This document shows positions 25,315 through 32,000 of a stretch of 32,000 nt of DNA, in pieces. The position numbers and the translations under genes are program-made. The stretch spans positions 57,596-89,595 of the forward strand of contig NZ_CANMAO010000014.1 of the NCBI RefSeq assembly GCF_947495845.1, given 5' to 3'. Each line of letters opens with the position of its first letter. The first letter of the stretch is position 1. Source of the DNA: an uncultured Endozoicomonas sp. (GTDB lineage Bacteria > Pseudomonadota > Gammaproteobacteria > Pseudomonadales > Endozoicomonadaceae). The notes beneath the pieces were generated by a model that worked only from the letters and a program-made list of their open reading frames with translations, made no database searches and was not told the origin of the DNA.

Positions 25315-25617
25315 TCAAGCAATTGGATTATGGACAGTGACCAATTTGGTACCGTCAGGAAAGGTGGCTTCCACCTGAACCTCAGGCACCATTTCGGGAA
25401 TGCCTTCCATCACCTGTTCACGACAAATGACTTCTCTACCCTCATTCATTAACTGGGCAACGGTTTTTCCATCCCTTGCTCCTTCCATAATGTGCATGGA
25501 GATCAGAGCAATGGATTCCGGATAGTTCAGTTTCACGCCTCGATGTAAACGACGTTCGGCAACTAGTGCAGCGGTATATAACAGCAGTTTGTCTTTTTCT
25601 CTTGGAGTCAGTTCCAT
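25315..25617 (-). CDS. ureA: Urease gamma subunit UreA
   Basis: 100 aa. [34 protein letters not shown]. Confidence 0.95.
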   Translation of the reverse strand: MELTPREKDKLLLYTAALVAERRLHRGVKLNYPESIALISMHIMEGARDGKTVAQLMNEGREVICREQVMEGIPEMVPEVQVEATFPDGTKLVTVHNPIA

Positions 25618-25645
25618 CAGTGCATCCTGTTTCTTTTTGTATTAA

Positions 25646-26536
25646 TCAAGTGTTCCAGATTCGGGGGCGACAGCCGGAACGACCGTTGAACCGTTCCCTT
25701 TCCTGCTCCCATAGCCAAGTGAAGATATTTCGTGCCTGTTCTGATGAGTCGCCAAGATATCGGGCGATAAATACGCCTGCACGCCAGGTGATCGCCGTGA
25801 CGTGATGCCATTCTTTTTCTTCGAGCAGGCTGTGGAGTGTGGATAAGTCTGGCGACTTATCCCGGGTCATTAACAATGTGCCAAACACGGTGTGCCCGTG
25901 AAGCCCCAACAAAGAATTGGTAAACGACGAGGCTGCATCAAAATGAAGCCTTTCAAGGTAAATAGGTTTTTGATCACGGGTGATTCGGAGATTCTGCGTC
26001 AACTGTCCTTGAATAAACTGTTCACCACTGGCAGTTCGGCCCAGACAGACAATGTCCCAGCCGGCATAGAGCCCATTACCAGAGAGCTCGATCTGGGTAT
26101 TCAGCTCAGCAATGGCACCATTAAACAAAATGGTTTCCTGAGGCAGCCACTCCATAGAACCGTTTTCGCTCACAGAAATTTCAGTGATTTGCTTTTGTAG
26201 TTGACCATTGCCGTTGAAATACACTTTGCCCGCAGCTGGCGTTGTGACTAACCCTTTGGCGCCTTTGCAAACCGAAAACTGTTGCACAAGCTCATCACCA
26301 GCCACCAAACCTCCTGGTGGATGAAGGATGTACAGGTGAGCGAGATCTTTGCCCTCCGGCCAAAAAGGGCGTTGAATTCGCAAAGGACCGTAATGGCTGG
26401 TTTTCCCCAGACGTGTGTATTCATTAATTTGTTTTAGTTCAGCGGAAATGCCGGCCTTCCACCCGATTGACGTAACAGGCTGATGTTCACTCAGACCAAC
26501 ATGGTCGTTGTTATGAGCTTCGGTGAGTAAGTGCAT
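25646..26536 (-). CDS. ureD: Urease accessory protein UreD
   Basis: 296 aa. The first gene of the operon. ...HLYILHPPGGLVAGDEL... is typical of UreD/UreH. Confidence 0.9.
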   Translation of the reverse strand: MHLLTEAHNNDHVGLSEHQPVTSIGWKAGISAELKQINEYTRLGKTSHYGPLRIQRPFWPEGKDLAHLYILHPPGGLVAGDELVQQFSVCKGAKGLVTTPAAGKVYFNGNGQLQKQITEISVSENGSMEWLPQETILFNGAIAELNTQIELSGNGLYAGWDIVCLGRTASGEQFIQGQLTQNLRITRDQKPIYLERLHFDAASSFTNSLLGLHGHTVFGTLLMTRDKSPDLSTLHSLLEEKEWHHVTAITWRAGVFIARYLGDSSEQARNIFTWLWEQERERFNGRSGCRPRIWNT

Positions 26537-26570
26537 TTATTCGCCTTGGTGTGCTTGTACTGAAAGCAAA

Positions 26571-26585
26571 GCAAAACCAATGCCA
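26571..26585 (-). promoter_or_regulatory. Candidate sigma-54 (-24/-12) promoter of ureDABCEFG
   Basis: The minus strand reads TGGCAT-TGGTT-TTGC (GG-N10-GC spacing is exact). Its downstream edge is 34 nt upstream of the ureD ATG. Confidence 0.5.
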
Positions 26586-26609
26586 TGCCCTGCAATGCGG
26601 CGTGGTGCA

Positions 26610-26806
26610 CAGGGTCTGTTGACGTTTCGTTGCGTCCTCAGCGGATCATACCCACGGGTATGGTCCGCCCTTCGGGTGACACAGAAAAACGCCACCCGCT
26701 TTGTCAGGCTTGCTTGGCGTAGAATGCTACGCACGGCGCAACCCTTTCGCGCGCTTGACGTTTTTCTGAGTCACTGAGTCTCGCAACGAAACGTCAACAG
26801 CCCCTG
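26610..26806. repeat. 197-bp inverted-repeat (MITE/REP-like) element in the ure/urt divergent control region
   Basis: cagggtctgttgacgtttcgttgcg (26610-26634) against the reverse complement of 26782-26806 matches 24 of 25, with a 19-bp perfect core. There is an internal hairpin, ggatcatacccacgggtatggtcc. The ORFs predicted inside it are short and mutually antisense. Confidence 0.55.
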
Positions 26807-26962
26807 GGGTTGTCAATAATGGTGCAACTGCTTTGCCTTGATTTGGTGCGCCGATAATTTATACCCGCGTTGGGCGCCCTAAAATAAGGCGAGGGCGTGA
26901 TTGCTCCATATAAATGCTTTGTTTCGATGGAATTTGCTCCTTTATTGTATGGGGGCGGGTAC

Positions 26963-26978
26963 TGGCATACCTCTTGCT
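26963..26978 (+). promoter_or_regulatory. Candidate sigma-54 (-24/-12) promoter of urtABCD
   Basis: TGGCAT-ACCTC-TTGCT with exact GG-N10-GC spacing, ending 50 nt upstream of the urtA ATG. Two TTGyC-N5/6-TGGTGC(A/G) motifs lie 115-150 nt upstream (26810-26826 and 26833-26850) and may be NtrC-type enhancer sites. Confidence 0.6.
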
Positions 26979-27027
26979 ATTTTTGTTCAGGAATTAATCA
27001 GAACAACAAACAGAAAGAGAGGGAAAC

Positions 27028-28335
27028 ATGAAAACGAAAATAAAAAAAATTTCCAGAAGTCTGATATGGGCGTCCGTTGCGACCGCTTCTTTGTCGTTCT
27101 CTGCTATGACGCAGGCTGCAGATACCATCAAGGTGGGAGTGCTTCACTCACTGTCCGGCACCATGGCGATCAGTGAAACCACATTAAAAGACACTGTTCT
27201 TATGATGGTGGAAGAACAAAATAAGAACGGCGGTATTCTTGGAAAGAAACTGGAAGCTGTGGTTGTTGATCCTGCATCAGATTGGCCTTTGTTTGCAGAA
27301 AAAGCCCGGGAGCTTTTGGTAAAAGAAAAAGTGGATGTGATTTTTGGCGGCTGGACTTCCGTGTCCAGAAAGTCAGTACTGCCAGTAGTTGAAGAGTTGA
27401 ACGGTCTGATGTTCTATCCGGTTCAATATGAAGGTGAAGAGTCATCCAAAAACGTTTTTTATACCGGGGCAGCACCCAATCAGCAGGCGATCCCTGCGGT
27501 TGATTACCTGATGAGCGAAGAAGGCGGCAGTGTTGATCGTTTTGTACTGGCGGGCACTGATTACGTTTACCCAAGAACCACCAACAAGATTCTTGAGTCT
27601 TATCTGAAAGCCAAAGGCATCAAAGACGCAGACATCATGATTAACTACACGCCGTTTGGTCACTCTGACTGGCAGACCATTGTTTCAGACATCAAAAAAT
27701 TTGGTAATGCCGGTAAGAAGACTGCGGTTATCTCCACAATAAACGGCGATGCCAATGTACCGTTTTATAAAGAGCTGGGTAATCAGGGCGTATCCGCTGA
27801 AGACATTCCGGTGATTGCATTCTCCGTGGGTGAAGAAGAATTGTCTGGTATTGATACCGGTCCACTGGTTGGTCATCTGGCGGCCTGGAACTACTTTATG
27901 AGTGCTGAAAGTGATGCCAATGATGAATTTATCGACGCGTGGCAGGCATTTATCAAGGATGAAGATCGAGTGTCTAACGACCCAATGGAAGCCACATACA
28001 TTGGTTTCAACATGTGGGCTGAAGCCGTTGAAAAAGCGGGAACCACCGATGTCGATGACGTTCGCTCTGCCATGTATGGAATTTCTGTTCCTAACCTGAC
28101 GGGTGGAACTGCGGTTATGAATACCAACCATCACCTGACCAAACCTGTACTGATTGGTGAGATACAAGACGATGGTCAGTTTGAAATTGTTTGGGAAACC
28201 AAAGGCGGCGTGATTGGCGATGCATGGACGGATTTCCTGCCAGAAAGCTCAAAGATTGTTGCCGACTGGTCAGCGCCAGTGCAGTGCGGTAACTACAACT
28301 TGGAAACCGGCGTCTGCTCCGGCCAGAACTACTGA
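27028..28335 (+). CDS. urtA: Urea ABC transporter substrate-binding protein UrtA
   Basis: 435 aa. Signal peptide, then ADTIKVGVLHSLSGTMAISE..., typical of the UrtA/LivJ-type fold. It is followed by urtBCD. Confidence 0.93.
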   Translation: MKTKIKKISRSLIWASVATASLSFSAMTQAADTIKVGVLHSLSGTMAISETTLKDTVLMMVEEQNKNGGILGKKLEAVVVDPASDWPLFAEKARELLVKEKVDVIFGGWTSVSRKSVLPVVEELNGLMFYPVQYEGEESSKNVFYTGAAPNQQAIPAVDYLMSEEGGSVDRFVLAGTDYVYPRTTNKILESYLKAKGIKDADIMINYTPFGHSDWQTIVSDIKKFGNAGKKTAVISTINGDANVPFYKELGNQGVSAEDIPVIAFSVGEEELSGIDTGPLVGHLAAWNYFMSAESDANDEFIDAWQAFIKDEDRVSNDPMEATYIGFNMWAEAVEKAGTTDVDDVRSAMYGISVPNLTGGTAVMNTNHHLTKPVLIGEIQDDGQFEIVWETKGGVIGDAWTDFLPESSKIVADWSAPVQCGNYNLETGVCSGQNY

Positions 28336-28362
28336 TTCAACAGTGAATACCCAAAGTATTTT

Positions 28363-28456
28363 AAGTTGCTACGCGGCGGCAACCGAGTGAGTCCCCATGA
28401 GCCTACGAGTAGTAGGTGATTGGGGTGAGTGAGCGTTGCCAACAAAGTAGCAGCTT
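28363..28456. repeat. REP-like imperfect palindromic element between urtA and urtB
   Basis: aagttgctac (28363-28372) pairs with gtagcagctt (28447-28456). Inner pairs are ggcaac/gttgcc and cccca/tgggg. It shares a TGCTACGC..GGCG..CAAC core with 26725-26742 and with 16154-16171. Confidence 0.45.
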
Positions 28457-28527
28457 GAAAGACGACGGGTATAGTTGCACTCCCATTGTCCCCGTGGGGG
28501 TGTGACTAAATACTCTAAGGATGTTAT

Positions 28528-30150
28528 ATGAATCAGAGTGTCTCTCAACTCATTCAACGATTACTTGGCAGCATGCTGTTGTTATTGCTGTTACTAGTAT
28601 CCCAACCGGGCTTTTCATTAACCACAGATAAACTCGAACCGTTGCTTAAAAAAAGCACCTGGTCACAGTTAGAGCAGGTAGTAATTTCCCTGACCAACGA
28701 AGGCAGTGACGCGAGCCAGACAGTTTTGGAGCATTGGCTAAATGGCCGTCTGTTTGTTGTAAAAAAGCAAAAGCAATTGGTGTATGCAGAGAAAACACCG
28801 GAAAAGAAATACCGAATTTACGATTTATTGTCTTCTGATGAATTGGGAACGGTAAAGAAAAGAGCCTTAAAAAAAGTGCGCATCAATAACCAACTTCGTT
28901 CTGTTTTGAAGACAGCGCTGGCGTCGTGGGATCTGAAGTCAAAAAATCCTGATACGCGAAAGAAGGCTATTTATGCCAGCCTGAAAACCCTTGATAATAA
29001 AACACTGAATGCTTTCCACGTCATGAGAGCTAACGAAAAAAACAAGAAGGTGCTGTCAGCGCTCGACGTTGCTTTATCCCTCCATACTTTTCAGACTGCG
29101 AAGGGGGCTGCTCAACTTGAGGCTATTCATGTACTGACGGATTTCAATCATCCCTATGTTCGGTCTGAGCTGGCGGCCTCGTTGGCGGATACCAGTAGTA
29201 CCGAACTGGCGCAGTCTATCCGTGTCGCGCTGGCAGAAATCGATCAACGACAGCAATACTATGGCATGGCAGAAAGTGTCTTTTTTGGTTTGAGCCTTGG
29301 TTCCGTTCTATTGCTTTCTGCGATTGGTTTAGCGATTACTTTCGGTGTCATGGGCGTTATCAATATGGCTCATGGTGAGATGATGATGCTGGGGGCATAT
29401 ACGACATTTGTTATTCAATCTGTGTTTCCGAACTTAATTGATCAATCATTGTTTATTGCCATTCCCATGGCATTTTTGGTGGCCGGTGCTGCTGGCGTGC
29501 TGATTGAACGGTTGGTAATACGACACCTTTACGGCCGACCGCTGGAAACGCTGCTGGCGACGTTTGGTATCAGCTTGATTTTGCAGCAGGCCGTAAGAAC
29601 GATTTTTTCTCCCCTGAACCAAGAGGTAGCAACACCTTCCTGGATGAGTGGCTCATGGATTATTAATGAAGCACTGTCGTTAACCTGGAACCGTCTTTAT
29701 ATCGTTGGTTTTAGCCTTCTGATCTTCTTCGCCTTGTTGTTTGTTATGCGTTACACCCGCTTTGGTCTGAATATTCGAGCAGTGACCCAGAACCGTGCCA
29801 TGGCTAGCTCCATGGGTATTCCTACGGGAAAGATGGATGCGCTGACATTTGGCCTTGGTTCCGGGATTGCCGGCGTTGCCGGTGTAGCCCTTTCCCAGTT
29901 AACCAATGTGGGGCCAAACCTTGGTCAGAACTACATTATTGATTCGTTCATGGTGGTGGTTTTTGGTGGCGTTGGTAGCTTGTGGGGCACATTGGTGGCA
30001 GCCATGGGGCTGGGGGTTGTGAATAAATTCCTTGAGCCCTGGGCGGGCGCTGTGGTCGCTAAAATTCTGGTGCTGGTATTTATTATTCTGTTTATTCAGA
30101 AAAGGCCGAGGGGGCTGTTTGCTCTTAAAGGTCGGGCGGTTGAGGGGTAA
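28528..30150 (+). CDS. urtB: Urea ABC transporter permease UrtB (LivH-type core with a roughly 245-aa N-terminal extension)
   Basis: 540 aa. The C-terminal ~295 aa are the branched-chain/urea permease core (GLAITFGVMGVINMAHGE...). The N-terminal part has a signal-anchor-like LLLLLLLLV helix and then a Lys-rich soluble region. Confidence 0.9.
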   Translation: MNQSVSQLIQRLLGSMLLLLLLLVSQPGFSLTTDKLEPLLKKSTWSQLEQVVISLTNEGSDASQTVLEHWLNGRLFVVKKQKQLVYAEKTPEKKYRIYDLLSSDELGTVKKRALKKVRINNQLRSVLKTALASWDLKSKNPDTRKKAIYASLKTLDNKTLNAFHVMRANEKNKKVLSALDVALSLHTFQTAKGAAQLEAIHVLTDFNHPYVRSELAASLADTSSTELAQSIRVALAEIDQRQQYYGMAESVFFGLSLGSVLLLSAIGLAITFGVMGVINMAHGEMMMLGAYTTFVIQSVFPNLIDQSLFIAIPMAFLVAGAAGVLIERLVIRHLYGRPLETLLATFGISLILQQAVRTIFSPLNQEVATPSWMSGSWIINEALSLTWNRLYIVGFSLLIFFALLFVMRYTRFGLNIRAVTQNRAMASSMGIPTGKMDALTFGLGSGIAGVAGVALSQLTNVGPNLGQNYIIDSFMVVVFGGVGSLWGTLVAAMGLGVVNKFLEPWAGAVVAKILVLVFIILFIQKRPRGLFALKGRAVEG

Positions 30151-30153
30151 GAA

Positions 30154-31311
30154 ATGGAGAATAAATGGAGCAAAGGTTGGCTTACCCGACTGCTATTGGA
30201 AGACCGTGCTGGAAAACTTCTGATGTCGTTTGTGTTTGTTGTCACGACAGTGGTTGTTTTGTTGAATACCTTGATGCCGGAAAGTTCGGCGCTGCACGTC
30301 AGTAATTACACGGTAACGCTGCTGGGCAAATATCTTTGCTATGGGCTCTTGGCGTTGGCATTGGATCTGGTTTGGGGCTATTGCGGTATTCTCAGCCTTG
30401 GCCACGGTGCTTTTTTTGCCCTGGGCGGTTATGCCATGGGCATGTATCTGATGCGCCAGATTGGTGATCGAGGCGTCTACGGGAATCCGGAGCTGCCGGA
30501 TTTCATGGTGTTCCTGAATTGGCAGGAACTCCCTTGGTACTGGCAAGGGTTTGATTCCTTTGGTTTTGCCATGGTGATGATGGCTTTGGTGCCTGGGATT
30601 CTGGCTTTTCTATTTGGTTGGTTGGCGTTCCGCTCTCGGGTAACGGGAGTATATCTCTCGATTATTACTCAGGCGCTGACGTATGCATTAATGCTGCTGT
30701 TTTTCCAGAATGATTTTGGCTTTGGTGGTAATAACGGTCTGACGGACTTTAAAGACCTGCTGGGATTCAGCTTGCAAAGTGATGGCACCCGAGTGGTGCT
30801 GCTTATCAGTTCTGCTCTGGCACTGATGCTGGGATATGTTTTATGCCGCTGGCTGGTGAGCAGTCGTTATGGACGAGTACTGGTTGCGGTCAGAGATGCG
30901 GAAAGCCGGGTACGTTTTATGGGTTACCGGGTTGAGCATTTCAAATTGGTGGCCTTTACCGTTTCAGCCATGCTGGCGGGTATTGCCGGTGCACTTTATG
31001 TGCCACAGGTGGGCATCATAAATCCCGGCGAGTTTTCTCCTGTTAATTCCATTGAGCTTGTGGTCTGGGTAGCCGTAGGTGGCCGTGGCACGCTTTACGG
31101 TGCGGTGATTGGTGCCGTGGTGGTCAACTATGCCAAAACCTGGTTTACCGGCGTAATGCCCGATGCATGGCTGTTTGCCCTTGGGGCGTTGTTTGTGGTG
31201 ACCACCCTCTGGCTGCCCAAAGGTTTGGTGGGTTTGTATCAGCAGGTGGTGGATTTCATTAAAACGCGCAGGCAATTAATGAGTAACAGGGAGTTAGTTG
31301 ACCATGGATAA
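30154..31311 (+). CDS. urtC: Urea ABC transporter permease UrtC
   Basis: 385 aa. LivM-type permease (GYCGILSLGHGAFFALGGYAMGMYL...). Confidence 0.92.
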   Translation: MENKWSKGWLTRLLLEDRAGKLLMSFVFVVTTVVVLLNTLMPESSALHVSNYTVTLLGKYLCYGLLALALDLVWGYCGILSLGHGAFFALGGYAMGMYLMRQIGDRGVYGNPELPDFMVFLNWQELPWYWQGFDSFGFAMVMMALVPGILAFLFGWLAFRSRVTGVYLSIITQALTYALMLLFFQNDFGFGGNNGLTDFKDLLGFSLQSDGTRVVLLISSALALMLGYVLCRWLVSSRYGRVLVAVRDAESRVRFMGYRVEHFKLVAFTVSAMLAGIAGALYVPQVGIINPGEFSPVNSIELVVWVAVGGRGTLYGAVIGAVVVNYAKTWFTGVMPDAWLFALGALFVVTTLWLPKGLVGLYQQVVDFIKTRRQLMSNRELVDHG

Positions 31312-32000
31312 ACATATACCCAACGACACTCTGCTTTATCTCAACAATGTGACCGTAAGCTTTGATGGTTTTCGTGCTCTCAATGAGTTGTCGTTTATGG
31401 TGCGAGAGAAAGAGTTGAGCGCCATTATTGGCCCTAATGGTGCCGGTAAAAGCACCATGATGGACGTGGTGACCGGAAAGACGCGTCCGGATTCCGGCGA
31501 TGTGTTTTTTCGCGGAGATGTGGATCTTACCCGTTACGATGAAACCCAGGTAGCCAATATGGGCATTGGGCGGAAGTTTCAGAAGCCGTCGGTGATTGAA
31601 AGCCTGTCAGTATGGGAGAACCTCGAGTTGGCGCTGTCTGGAAGGCGTTCGCCTTTTGCTTCCATGTTTGGCAAATTGAGCTCACAAGGTGCTGCCAGAA
31701 TTGATGAAGTGATGGAACTGATTCGCCTGTCTGATCGAAGAGAGTGGGCTGGCGAATCACTGTCGCACGGCCAGAAACAATGGCTGGAAATCGGCATGTT
31801 ATTGCTTCAGGAGCCGGAACTGTTGCTGGTGGATGAACCCGCTGCGGGCATGACGGATGAAGAGACATTCAGAACGGCAGACTTGCTGAAAGCGTTAGCA
31901 AAAGAGCGCAGCGTTGTGGTGGTTGAGCATGATATGGCGTTTATTCGTGCCTTGGAATGTCCGGTCATGGTGCTGCATGAGGGCAGTGTTCTGGCGACAG
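31304..32000 (+). CDS. urtD: Urea ABC transporter ATP-binding protein UrtD. The 3' end lies outside the window.
   Basis: It is not in the track because it runs off the window. The ATG at 31304 overlaps the urtC stop by 8 nt. My own translation reads MDKHIPNDTLLYLNNVTVSFDGFRALNELSFMVREKELSAIIGPNGAGKSTMMDVVTGKTRPDSG...LSHGQKQWLEIGMLLLQEPELLLVDEPAAGM... (Walker A, signature-like motif, Walker B). Confidence 0.9.
   Translation, partial: MDKHIPNDTLLYLNNVTVSFDGFRALNELSFMVREKELSAIIGPNGAGKSTMMDVVTGKTRPDSGDVFFRGDVDLTRYDETQVANMGIGRKFQKPSVIESLSVWENLELALSGRRSPFASMFGKLSSQGAARIDEVMELIRLSDRREWAGESLSHGQKQWLEIGMLLLQEPELLLVDEPAAGMTDEETFRTADLLKALAKERSVVVVEHDMAFIRALECPVMVLHEGSVLAT

Noticed and set aside
26523-26777. 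Two mutually antisense ORFs (84 aa plus strand, 65 aa minus strand) in the ureD-urtA intergenic region
   Set aside because: They lie within the inverted-repeat element and are created by its palindromic nature. They have no SD and their translations are Arg/Cys-rich and atypical.
27685-28167. 160-aa minus-strand ORF antisense to urtA, and a 113-aa ORF (31527-31868) antisense to urtD
   Set aside because: These are shadow ORFs opposite well-supported transporter genes, with no independent signals.

Overview
The gene content and order look like a gammaproteobacterial (marine Oceanospirillales-like) chromosome, though that taxonomic call is inference only. All calls come from by-eye motif reading of the supplied ORF track and the raw sequence. 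No database search, HMM, folding or composition program was run. Layout, left to right:
(1) Housekeeping glmU (3' part) and glmS.
(2) A mixed block: a SemiSWEET-type mini-transporter, a GST, a translationally coupled SCP2-like/Fe-alcohol-dehydrogenase pair preceded by a small Ile/Thr-rich upstream ORF, and a second SemiSWEET-like gene.
(3) A four-gene minus-strand operon (5992-13472) whose first three products are colinear in size and motifs with MukF, MukE and MukB. The fourth is a JetD/MksG-type Toprim protein, so this is a Wadjet/MksBEFG-type plasmid-restriction system on a full-length MukFEB-like scaffold. This is the most notable system in the window.
(4) dps.
(5) An arsenic/metalloid-type island (14.4-19.7 kb). 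It holds three ArsR-family regulators (two paralogs with C-terminal Cys-Cys), ACR3, an ArsP-like permease with a Cys-rich tandem-repeat loop, a hotdog-fold protein and an HCX5R dual-specificity-type phosphatase. It has no canonical arsC. It also carries a 215-bp MITE-like element and two copies of an ATCGTC-N4-GACGAT operator.
(6) An A+T-rich segment with one orphan 409-aa gene.
(7) A complete ureDABCEFG urease operon followed by a 67-aa HupE/UreJ-N-terminus-like mini gene.
(8) A divergent urtABCD (3' end truncated) urea ABC transporter. Sigma-54-type -24/-12 promoters face both ways, and a 197-bp inverted-repeat element sits between them.
I saw no rRNA, tRNA, CRISPR array, transposase or integrase.
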